NCBI GenBank assembly: GCA_013239625.1
Contig: MU054220.1
Location: 8,591,367 to 8,655,366, forward strand
Length of the DNA stretch: 64,000 bases
Reading direction: 5' to 3'
Origin: Lama guanicoe
Lineage: Eukaryota
Shown: positions 53,704 to 64,000 of the stretch, piece by piece
How the letters are laid out: each line of letters opens with the position of its first letter
How positions within the stretch are numbered: the stretch's first letter is position 1
Program-made: the position numbers and the translations under genes
Notes under the pieces: model-generated
The model's input: the letters and a program-made list of their open reading frames with translations, nothing else
Told to the model about the DNA's origin: nothing
The model's database searches: none

Positions 53704-54116
53704 TGTAACAGAGAAGAACTAACCTGAAATACACAGTATAGCCGGTTATACTCAAAGCCTGAGCTGTCAGTGTATAACACTTTTCATTCATATGGAGATT
53801 AAATGTTGGGGAACAGAGGATAACATGTGTCTTGTTAGAGGTTTACAGGAACACTGTGACCTGGACAATGTGGACAGCTGCAAGAACAAAGGATTCAACA
53901 ACAAGAAGTTTGCCACAACCAGCCATACCCACCCCTCTTTCAATACAAAAGAAGCCTGAATTCCAACCCGAGGAAGATGGTTCTTTGGGACACTAATCCA
54001 CTATCTTCTCAGTCTGCTGGCCTTCCAAATAGAGTTGCCATTCTTGCCCCGACACTTCATCTCTCGATTTCTTGAAGTGTCCTGCAGCGAGCAGGACGAG
54101 CTTGGACTCTGTAACG
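53704..54116 (+). mobile_element. Solo ERV1-class LTR, same family as 50864-51587, inverted
   Basis: tgtaacaga...cttggactctgtaacg; shares gaggtttacagg, gtggacagctgcaagaacaa, gcctgaattc, gatggttct; flanks caac/tgac. Confidence 0.85.
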
Positions 54117-54269
54117 TGACTAGTTAACTACAGCAATAATCCCCAGTGTTTGTGGCATGTTTTCACACTCATCTTTACCCATACAACCTCTCTGCCTTTC
54201 TTCAGTGTTCCTCTACTTCTCTCCCATTTAATATTACCTTTGACAATCATTTAAACCAGCTCTCCCCTT

Positions 54270-54450
54270 TGGATCACCTCAACTAGGGTGATTTTGTCCC
54301 TCTGCCCAAAGACAAGTGGCAATATCTCAAATATTTTTGCTTTTCACACTGGGCTGTTGGTGCTACTGGCGTGCGGTGGGTAGAAGTCAAGGATACTTCT
54401 AAGCATTCTACAATGCACAGGACAATGTCACTGTGAGGCTGAGATGCTGT
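54270..54450 (+). mobile_element. MER20 (hAT-Charlie)
   Basis: ggtgattttgtccc...ggtgctactggc...gtgggtagaagtcaaggat...ctacaatgcacaggaca. Confidence 0.85.
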
Positions 54451-54474
54451 GCTATAGATAAAGAGTGAATGGCT

Positions 54475-54629
54475 GGGAAGGGGGTGGAAAGCTCAGTGGT
54501 AGAGTGTGTTCTTAGCATGCACAAGGTCCTGGGTTCAATCTCCAGTACCTCCACTTAGAAAAAAAAAAGAGTAATTGAGAAATACATAAATAAACCTAAT
54601 TAACACCCCCCCCCAAAAAAAAACCAAAA
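54475..54629 (+). mobile_element. tRNA-derived SINE of the camelid Vic-1 type
   Basis: G-rich start, A box agctcagtgg, B box ggttcaatc, tail ataaataaacctaattaacccc..aaaa; perfect 15-bp TSD aaagagtgaatggct at 54460-54474 and 54630-54644. Confidence 0.9.
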
Positions 54630-56122
54630 AAAGAGTGAATGGCTTAGCAATAATTTTTCTTGGGTTCCAATCCTTTCCCCATGGAGTAAATGGCTATATA
54701 TTAAAAATAATTTGAGAAGAAAAAAGAATAGCTGGCACTTGAGAAAAGTGCTTATAAGTAAAGCTTATAAAGCTCCAAATCAATTGAATTATTGAATTTA
54801 TCATGAAAATCGCAAAATTCAAAGCTATTGAAAAGGAGAGTTTAAGTCAGTTTTTTTCCCTCCCACACCCTTATGAGTCCATCAAAAGAGTGAGCTCCTA
54901 CCCAGAAGCAATAGCTAATAATTTCATAAGATAAAAGGTTTTGTCATATTATGGCATTATCGAAAAGAGAGCGAACAAAGCACAGTGGTAATAAAGCAAT
55001 AAAATACAGAGGAAAAGCATAAATAAGTATCATAAAAAGAGGATTACTTTCATCTGTGTGGATCAAAAATCATCTGCCCTGTACTGATGCTTGCATTCGG
55101 CCAGCTGGAACTTCCAGACAAATTGCTGCATCTTTCGCAGATTAAACTAATGCTCCTGACAGAATGAATGCAGTTTATTGCCAGGGCATATGATGTAGAA
55201 ATACTTAGACTATGGAAATCAGACAGATGGCTTGGCAAATTAATCCATAAGCAGCATGCCATAAGGTCAGTCAATGACAGTGACGGAAGAGTCTGGTGGT
55301 CGATAGAGATGATCACGGGAAACATGAAGGTGAAAAAGATCATGAAGGAGCGATGGGGGAGCCACTCTTTACTTTTTGTTATAAAACCACTTGGTATGTC
55401 TATTCTAAATGTACTTTTTTTTTTTAAGTGACTGAAAGAGAAGAAGGATTTTACTGTTCATTGACAAACAGGCGAAAACAGAGATATTAGAAACTTTGTG
55501 ACAATAGAGTCTTGTCATTGATCCAAGCCCCTAACCAGGGTTTAAAACAAAGCGTAAACTATTATTCCCATTATAAGTATTAGAGTAACTTTATGTGGCA
55601 CTTCGTATCATTTTAAATCGTCACTTGTATCCCATAGCCATCTTTTCTTTCCCTCAAACTCCAAAGGTTTTATTATTTGTGTGACTAAAAGTCTTACTTA
55701 AAAATAAAAACAACATAAAAAACACATATGTACTAATATATGAAGACAGTCATTATATTAGCTTTTTCTAAGAATCTTATCTATGCTCATCAATGTGATC
55801 ATGCAATATATACTATTTAAGCTGAGGTTCTCGCCTAGTTATATGCGGGACAGGTGAAAGGTCCAAAGGCATTTTTAATTAAGTGTACTAAAACAAGTTC
55901 TGTTTATCAGTGAAGTATGAAGTGATTTCATTTTCTGGGTGTAAGAAGAAAAGTAACAGCTTTGGAGATTAATGAGCATCTTATCTGTAGAGCAAAATGA
56001 CTCCTTTTTTGCTTGAAGGAACAAAGCCACCAATCAGGCAAAATCTAATATATATGAACTATTTTTTGATGCTATATGTACACTGCATAGTGTCTGAAAC
56101 AGGCACCTGTCTGGTAGGAACA

Positions 56123-56480
56123 TTGTTTCAGCTCTGGATGCAAACCAACCCACCCTAGAACAGACATTTATAATTCAAACAACAGACATTTATAATTGCT
56201 CACTGGGCTGGAAATTCTTTTCCTCTAGGCCAGCTTGGCTGGACCTGGGTGTTTCCCATTAGCCTCGTGCAGTGTCTGATGACTGGCTCCAGGTCAGTGA
56301 AGTGGAGAGACGGCTGGACCACGCATGCTCCATTATCCTTTAGGCTAGTTCTGGCTTGTTTGCGTGGAGTTCTCTGAAGCAGCAAGAGAGCAGGCCCCAA
56401 GGTGTAAGTACTTTTCATGCCTCTGCTTGAATCGTGTTTGCTAACGGCCTATGGCCAATTGAGAGTCAAGATTCAAGGCA
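56123..56480 (-). mobile_element. MaLR LTR (MLT1G/H-like)
   Basis: catttataattgctca, ggctagttctggcttgtt, gtacttttcatgcctctgcttg...gtttgctaacg. Confidence 0.7.
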
Positions 56481-57333
56481 AGTCTCTCTAAAGAAAATCA
56501 TGTAAAAGTAGATATTTTATCCTAAATTCAGTCTCAGCTACTTTAAATATAAAGAAATCACCTTAACAAACTGATGGTGCCTTAAATGAGCACTTACATT
56601 TCTGAGTTAAAAAAAAAAAGTCAAAATACAAAATCTAGAAATAAAATATTGACTCAGCGTAGAGAGACACTTCCTCAACATTTATATCTCTGATTGACAT
56701 TATTTTCACTGCACCCTCTTCTCAATTATTTATGGGGAAATTGATGATCAGAAACTGCCAGATTCCATTTCCGAGTAGAAATGGGTAAGGAATGTATCAG
56801 AAAGATCAGAATTGGTGGATATTTTATCTTCATTAATTTTATTTCATGGGAGCATCAACTGGTAAATTGATGGGGGAAAATGAGACATCTGTGACATCCT
56901 TGGACCATATACTTCATTGCAATGACATACATGGACTTCACACGATCCCATTAAATAGAAGCAGAGAATTTCATGAATAAATTCAGTTCCCGAAAGGAGA
57001 AAAAAAAAACAAAAACTTTTCTTTGTCTCAATTGATACTGCTTTTTGTGCAAGATATATGTAATATGGGAGGAAGGAAGACAGAAGGAAAGGGGAAAAGG
57101 AAGGGAGGGGTAAAAGAAGGGAGGGCAAGAAGGAAAGGAAGAAAACATGAAAATTAAAAGACAAATAAGAATAGATGTTCAGCTTCACCTGGAGGCATAT
57201 GAAGACAAATGAAAACTATGTTAGACAATGTTTCACTCTTTTGTTTGGCAAACAGTAGAAAGTCACATTCTGATACTATCTAGTTCTAATTATGTTGAGG
57301 GAAAGTGGATACTTTCATGTAATGCTATGGGAG

Positions 57334-57367
<34 letters not shown>

Positions 57368-57394
57368 ATATACACACACACACACACATATACA
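57334..57394. repeat. Compound microsatellite (TA)n(TG)7 TATATA (CA)8
   Basis: Read directly. Confidence 0.95.
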
Positions 57395-57499
57395 CTTTAC
57401 TTGGAAAAAATGTTCTAAAAGTATTGATCAAAAATCAAAGGTGATTATAAAGCTTGGCTTTTTGCTAGAGCAGTTTGTGGTAGGCAAATACTCCCTACA

Positions 57500-58345
57500 G
57501 AAAAGTAAACTTAAAAAGCTATGTCAAAAGAAGCAACAACAAATGTCTATACAAAACCATCAGGGAGCGGTTGAAGCCACGGGTTAGACTGACCAAGATT
57601 CCAGAAGGGGTGACCATCAGGAAATGAGCTATCTTTCCCGAGCTGCATTTTGCCTGAGCATTTTTTCTGATTCTGGACATCACACTAGACGTTGAGAATC
57701 TGGCTCTGGCCCCGGAAGATAGCGACTTCAGGAGCATGGGAAAACCACCTGAAATTCTGATGGTATAGTTGGAACAGAGAGAAAAAGAGAGAGAGAGAGA
57801 ACTTCAGTTGTCAACATCTAAGAGGAAAAGGAAGGGTGGACAACTGAGCCTGACTCATAGCCAATTTTCTCCTTGAGGCGTTGACTGAAATCTGCAGCTG
57901 TCTAGGAAAGGAGATAAAATGCTAACTAACGTGAAAGCATGTGAAAAAGCAGAGCAGAGATTTTGATAGTCTTGCCATGCTGGGAAAGTGAGAGATTAAT
58001 GTTCAGGACATGCCAGAAGGAGAGGTTGTGATGAATAAACTAGATTCTTGATCGGAAGCCCTGGAGACGTGTGCTGTAGGAACAGGGGAGAAACAGAATT
58101 GGACTGAGTCTTACCAAATCTGCTACCCATTCTCAGGTGTATTCACTCCCTTTTTGATTTAAAGTGATTGGTCCCCTTCTCTATAGCAAAGATGAGCTCT
58201 TTCTGGAGGATTATCACATTGTCTAGAACCTCTACAAGTTCTTCAAAAAAAAAATTAGGTGTGCCAAGAGACAGAACATATGACAGACACAAAAAGAAAA
58301 AAAAAAGACTATAGACACAGGGAAAAAAATCCAAGCAATTACTAC
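57500..58345 (+). mobile_element. Old L1ME-type 5' region (tentative)
   Basis: gctgcattttgcctgagc, gagtcttaccaaatctgc, ctctttctggagga, aaaattaggtgtgccaagagacagaacatatgac. Confidence 0.5.
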
Positions 58346-59559
58346 CTGACACCATTTTATTAATTGGTATATTATTTATCATTTGTAAACGTTGACCAAT
58401 CTTTTTCTTTTGCTCTTTCCCTGACTCTAATGTATGTTACTAGAGGTTAAATCAGTATTTGAATTATAGACTATCAAAGGGGGAGTGTGACTTAGCTAGA
58501 AAAAGAACGAGTACCATCTGGAGATTCGATGGGTCTTTATAGCCCCCTTTTTAGGAAGAGTATTGGCATGTCTTCAGTTTTATGTGAGACAGTTTCATTT
58601 AGTTAACTGAAGAACAGTTTTATTAGCCTTTATTCAGAAATTAAATAACGTTTATAAGGGACCTGTATGAATACTTCACTGAGAAAGGGACGGACGATGA
58701 TAAATTATTCCCTTCAAATTTTATTACTCTAAGCTGTTTGTAGCTGTCAGATGTTGTTGGGTCAGAAGTGATGACTGACAGGGCGACTTCCAAAGACACA
58801 GAACTTCTACAAACATAGGCAACTGTTCAGAAATAGCCATCACCTCCCTTTGTGCTTGTAGTAGTAAATTCTCAGATTTCCTCACAATTGTTTCTTTCTC
58901 TTCTTCATTGCTTAAGATACTTTCATAATAAATTGTTTCTGATCTTTGGACCACAGTCATCCAGATATACTTTAACCCAACTCCAAACACATTTGTGTAA
59001 CCTCCAGATCCTACATGCAATCCTTATTTCCATCATACTTACAGTGGCTCTTATTTCCTTATGAATCTAAGCAGATATAATAATCAACTAGCTAAATAAA
59101 TGGGAAAAAAAGTAGGTTATATGTGAACCAGAGAAATGAGTATGTTATGAACCAATGACTATGATTGACTCAAGTAGGATCTGACTGAGGTTCAGAGGAG
59201 AAAAATATTAAATCAGTCAGATAAGATTATGTCACCTTCAAATGATTTCCTTAATTCAATGAACAGTATTTACACAAAGACTATAGGAAATAGACCTCTC
59301 CAAGGAGCACATTCGATGGAGTCGTTTTGTTTTTAAATTAGAAGCAAGACAAGGATAACCACTATCATCATTTCTTTTCACCATCATATCTGAATCCCTT
59401 GTCAACACAAGAAAAAAGCCATGTAGGAAAGTTATATGGGAATAAAATCTGGTAAGTTGTTACAGTCTGGTGAATTGTTAGACTTAGATGATGGGAAGAA
59501 GAGAAGATAGTCTTTAAACACTCTATCAAGTGAATAAGAAAAATTCATGCACTGATTTA

Positions 59560-60420
59560 GACTGGGTTAGGAGGTGTTACAATTTTGAGCAGAGGGAGTA
59601 TCTGGGAAGGTTCTTGGGGAGAATGGGAAAGCAAGTAAATCAGCAAACTGTAGTTGGGTTTCAGACAAAACTGAGAGACCACTTAAGGTCTGTGGTTGAA
59701 TAAAGAGGTATCAATCACTGGGGTTCCTTATTTTTTCCTCCAGCTGTATTCTACTGCTTGGATACACACATGGAGAGATGCATGGCTTTAACAGGTGTCT
59801 GGTTAGGTAGCTCAGCAACAGGGTAGGGCCAGGGAGTTGAAGAAGTCAGTGGAGTGAGGATACTGGATTCTAAATTAGGTTGGAGGGGAAGTGAGGATGA
59901 GAGGGAAGACACACTACAGTGGGAAAAAGGGAGAGGAGAGAGGAGTGGAGTCAAAATATAAGGTTGATGTACTTGAGGAAGTAAGTTTAAAGGGTAGGTA
60001 GCAGTTAAAGAATGACAGAAAAAAATGGGAAGTGTGGACATGGCAGAGTTGTTGGTAATGGCAGTACTTGGAGTATACTGTGGGGGCGCTTATTGGAGCA
60101 AAAATGAAAATTAGATTATTGGAGGTAAAACTATTCATAAAAAGTGAGAGAAGGGAGATAGATTATACGGATCATGACCTCAACAAGAATGAGGACAAAA
60201 GTAGTGACTGAGGTAAAGACAGTGAAATGTATTAAATTCTTCAAGGAATGAAAGAGAATGACTGGGAGGTTAGTTGACTGAATAATTTTATGTTGTGGGA
60301 ATCAAAGGAATCATTGTTTATTCATTTGAGGAATGGGAGAGATGGCAGTAATTTGGAAATGAAAATGAGGATCAAGGACTTATACCCCACCCTGTGTCTT
60401 ACAGTATATGGGATGTGGAA
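59560..60420 (-). mobile_element. L2 internal (ORF2) remnant
   Basis: Purine-rich; ggtaatggcagtacttggagtatac, agattattggagg, aaattcttcaaggaatga...gactgggagg. Confidence 0.5.
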
Positions 60421-60943
60421 GGAAAAAACTTACCAGAAAGAAAATATCTTACAACATAGTATGTAAACTGTAACTACAATCAAATCTGTAATAACTATAG
60501 AGTGTTATACATTCCATATGAAAAACTTTTGTGTCAGATTTATTTGGAAAGCAAAAAGTATATCTATCTATCTATATATGGATATATATATATCTATGTA
60601 TATATGTATCTCCTTATCAAATACATTAAAAGAATTTTATACTGTGCCTTTTTAATGTGTCAATGGCCAGTAATATCTGAAAGCTTTATTGCTCAAATTT
60701 TAATCTCTCTGCAGATAGATTTAACTCAGAATTTTTAAAATGGAAAGCTCTTTACCTGAGTATATTATAAATAAAAATTAATGTATATTATCATTAAGAA
60801 ACTTTGATCATATGTAATTCTTGTATATTAGAGAATTATTTCCAAGCATTGTTTTCTTAAAAATAAATCTTTTTTCTTGAATAATTTTTCAGTTGTGTCT
60901 TAAGAACAAATGAAAATTGAAGTGGACAATTTATACAATCCAG

Positions 60944-61405
60944 TGTGAAATAAAATTCATATTTTATGGCAAGTCAAGAAAAACATAAACATAAAAATTT
61001 TTCTGGGCCCTTTGGCCTCGTCTCTTCCCTCTACTGTGCATTATGTATCTGCATTATACATTGACCAAACCTCCCCATCAAATACTTGCTCAACCATAAA
61101 GAGCAACATGATCGTAGCATCACCAAGACAACTCAAATGATAACATTCCTTCTTGATCTTGTAAGGAGTCACGATGGCCCACAACTTTGTACCTGCAGAT
61201 CTGGGTCATGGAAGCTATGAATAATACGCCATTTAATGTACAGCCATCTGTCTCACAAAACTCATAAACCTGTGCTTTGAGTTCTAATGGGTGGAACAGT
61301 TCTCTGAGCTTTCTGAGATGCTGTTCCCTGACTATAATCCTCAATTTGGCTCAAATAAAATTTTCCATTTCTTTCTTAGATCAGCTGATTAATTTTTCAT
61401 TGACA
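60944..61405 (+). mobile_element. Solo ERV1-class LTR
   Basis: TG...tgaca termini; ggaacagttctctgagctttctgagatgctgttccc; ctcaaataaaatttt poly-A signal near the 3' end. Confidence 0.75.
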
Positions 61406-61691
61406 GCAAAGCAGATCCAGCAAATACTTGATGTTTTTCTTATTTTCAGCTCATTTCCTTTAACATGATAGAAGTATGAGCAGTGTGTGTATGAGCAGTA
61501 ATTTTTTTTTTAACTGGATGGATATCATGGAACCAATGTAATTCCCCCCCAAAATCTCTTTTCTTTCAGAATTATTCTGAAATTTATTTGGGAGCATTCT
61601 GTGGAGAGGGTGAGGCTGGACTCAAGGAATGCGAACAATACAGTCAGAGTTCCCCACCGTTTTGTGCTGGTCTCAGCCAACCCGTAACCAG

Positions 61692-62193
61692 CGTTACGGC
61701 TGGACCAGACCTTGCGGTTCTTGGGATTAAAAGATGCCCTTCAGCAGTCACCACTGGAAAACTTTGAAAAATAAAGGTTAATTACTCTCAGGTTCTGAAA
61801 AGCACAGGGCCACCCAGTGGGGTCTCTGGGAGAGAGGGAGGGGTCGGGGAGGGAGCACTAGGTCTGGGGGCTTTGCTTTTATTGAGGTTGGGGTGGGATT
61901 CTAGGGTTTTGTGGGCTTACTCTTCAGCAGTGAATTGAAAACACAAGAGCGGAGACTTTAAAAAGCGGGAAGAGAAAAAATACAAGTGGCCCAAATGGTC
62001 AGTTATTGAAATCAACCAAGACCTCTAAAACAAAGGGCCCTCAGTTGGGGGAGGCCGCCTGGCTATTTATCCAGTCTTTTATTTTGCGGCTCGAGGAGTT
62101 TACTTTGAAATGGATGCCTGGGCAGACGCCGCTGAAGTCAAGCACTTGCGGTACAAAAAACCAAAAAGGACAACTGCCAGGGCTTACTCTACA
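61692..62193 (-). mobile_element. Solo LTR (ERVL class, MER54/73/74-group-like, tentative)
   Basis: Ends ctgccagggcttactctaca (reverse tgtagagtaagccctggcag); ctttgcttttattgagg; locally GC-rich. Confidence 0.6.
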
Positions 62194-62536
62194 CCCGCTG
62201 GAGTTGAAACTTTGTAGTAAATGGCAGTTTAACAAATTGGTTTTGTGGTCTAACCAGAATGATTACCAATGTTTTAGTGGCAAACGTATGAAAGATTTGT
62301 TTAGTTTTGTGACTGCAGAAATACCCTGAGTGACTCTATTCTGGATACACTTTCTTTGTCAGAGTTGCCTAAATGCCGCTGGAAAGCTGTACCAAATAAA
62401 GTATCATGACAATGGCAACAAAAGCAACTAATGAGGGGACTGCTGCTAAACCAGAGCCTTGGGTTGGAAGAAAGGAGACATTGTTTACATCATTGCTGGA
62501 AAAAAAGAAGCACTTATAAATCTATTCCTTTTAACT

Positions 62537-63015
62537 TGTGAACAAAAAATACTGCAAACCATATCAGTAAACAAAGAATGCTGAAGCCATCAAGTCATCA
62601 GCGGCTGCCGCCACCCCCCAGTGAAGACAAGCCTGCAGCCCAGCCTCTGCAGCCACGCACCATGGTGCACCCTGAGGGGACTCAGAATAAGAAAGGACAG
62701 GATACTGGCCCTAGAAAGCGAGGTGCTTGTCAAAGGAATGAATTCAATGGGCCCAAATGTTTGCTTCCTCCCATACACAGAAAAGGGCTAAATTCTTCAA
62801 CTTGAGATGCCTGGTTTTCTTTAGTTAACAAGTAATCTTTTGTTGTTCCAACTACGTGGTCCCTGTTGTAAAGCTCCTGTATATCCTAGCTCCTCCCCTA
62901 CCTCTTGGGAGCAGTCCCTCAGAGCCAACTGAGGGGCTGTCGTCCCGGCTCGAGTCCCCCCGCCAAATAAAACATAACTCTCAACTTTTAGGCTGCGCAT
63001 TTATTTCAGTCGACA
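62537..63015 (+). mobile_element. Solo ERV1-class LTR, relatively young
   Basis: tgtgaac...tcgaca; perfect 4-bp TSD aact (62533-36 and 63016-19); gtatatcc and aataaa in the expected order. Confidence 0.9.
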
Positions 63016-63380
63016 AACTGTTAGTTTGAAAGCAATGTTTACCTCATGAAACAAATGTTTCGTGTCTTCTGATAAGTAACTCATTCATAAACACAAACAT
63101 TTACATGCCTAATTGTTACAGTTTTCTGTCCCACTTGTAAAGGATAATATGAATGAAAACTCAAGACTTAATGAAAGCTACAGTTTCTAATGTTAACTAA
63201 ATTAGCTTTAACCTTGACTTTCCAAAGTCTGTGCAACTTCATAACGAGGCTATACCTGCAGATGAAAAGATGCTACTCCCTATCTGTGCTTCATCCTACT
63301 TCAAACTACTTAAAATCTCAAAGATGTCCTTGACGGTCTTATATATATGGAAAAAGAAATACACAGGTACATCTATAATT

Positions 63381-64000
63381 ACTTTCCTATCTCACAAATT
63401 GTCTTCCAAAATCTATGATAAAGCCCTTAAGGTTTTGGAAATATGCTGAGTACATGTTCCAAGGTTCAAAAGATTTTGGATTTGATTATTGTTTTTCTAA
63501 CCTTTTTTTTTTTAAAGAAAACATATATGTACAACCCTAGGAAATAAATCGCATAGTATCAAAATGATAATATGAGGAGAAGATGAAAAGAAAGAAGGCT
63601 GAGGATTCAACATCAAGTCAGAACACCATCTTCAAAGTCTGCAAGAGGCAGTGCATAGAAAAAGAAAGACATATTGGCATTTTAGGAAGAAATTATCCTT
63701 CAACTCTAAAATTAGACGTGTGAAATTATTGGATGTTTTACCAATAATTGTGTCCAGGATCATTAAGAATTTGTGTCCAATTGGTTAGCTTCTTTTGGTG
63801 GTTGGCACTTTCCTATCAATTGTCTTCCAAAATCTATGATAAAGCCCTTAAGGTTTTGGAAATATGCTGAGTGCATGTTCCAAGGTTCAAAAGATTTTGG
63901 ATTTGATTATTGTTTTTCTAACCTTTTTTTTTTTTTAAAGAAAACATATATGTACAACCCTAGGAAATAAATCGCATAGTATCAAAATGATAATATGAGG
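63381..64000. repeat. Recent direct (tandem) duplication, unit ~426 bp; second copy cut off by the window edge
   Basis: 63381-63579 matches 63807-64000 apart from one substitution, a 5-bp indel and T-run length. Confidence 0.95.

Noticed and set aside
54485..54560. tRNA-like sequence with A and B boxes
   Set aside because: It is a SINE head: it has a tail, poly-A and TSD, and I see no convincing acceptor stem.
60944..63015. Neighbouring LTRs as the two ends of a provirus
   Set aside because: The sequences are from different families, there is no PBS or gag/pol sequence between them, and the last LTR has its own TSD.
1..64000. Inferring a host gene strand from the plus-strand bias of L1s
   Set aside because: MaLR LTRs are biased the opposite way and ERV1 LTRs are mixed, so the signal is inconsistent and no gene can be named.
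1..64000. CRISPR arrays, operons or other prokaryotic systems
   Set aside because: The sequence is mammalian. The tandem repeats present have no repeat-spacer structure.

Overview
AT-rich mammalian genomic DNA, very probably from a camelid (alpaca/llama/camel): it carries a Vic-1-type tRNA-derived SINE with a perfect 15-bp target-site duplication and cetartiodactyl-type L1 3' ends. I can support no protein-coding exon, RNA gene or CpG island, so the window looks intergenic or deep-intronic. Every longer ORF is decayed L1 ORF2, LTR-derived or low-complexity. The window is a layered mix of transposon fossils: ancient MIR, L2, HAL1, MER3, MER20, MLT1 and L1MC/MD/ME, about nine solo ERV LTRs (six in the last 13 kb), and younger 5'-truncated L1s. 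I found no new biological system. The most notable structures are: an LTR with an internal A-B'-A-B duplication whose A halves are identical over 129 bp while the B halves are clearly diverged; a recent ~426-bp tandem duplication running off the right edge; two L1s from different subfamilies truncated at nearly the same point; and two transcription-factor motif clusters in unique sequence (~44.0 kb and ~55.1 kb). Repeat family names are recalled from consensus motifs, not from a database search. Subfamily calls and most boundaries without a TSD are approximate.
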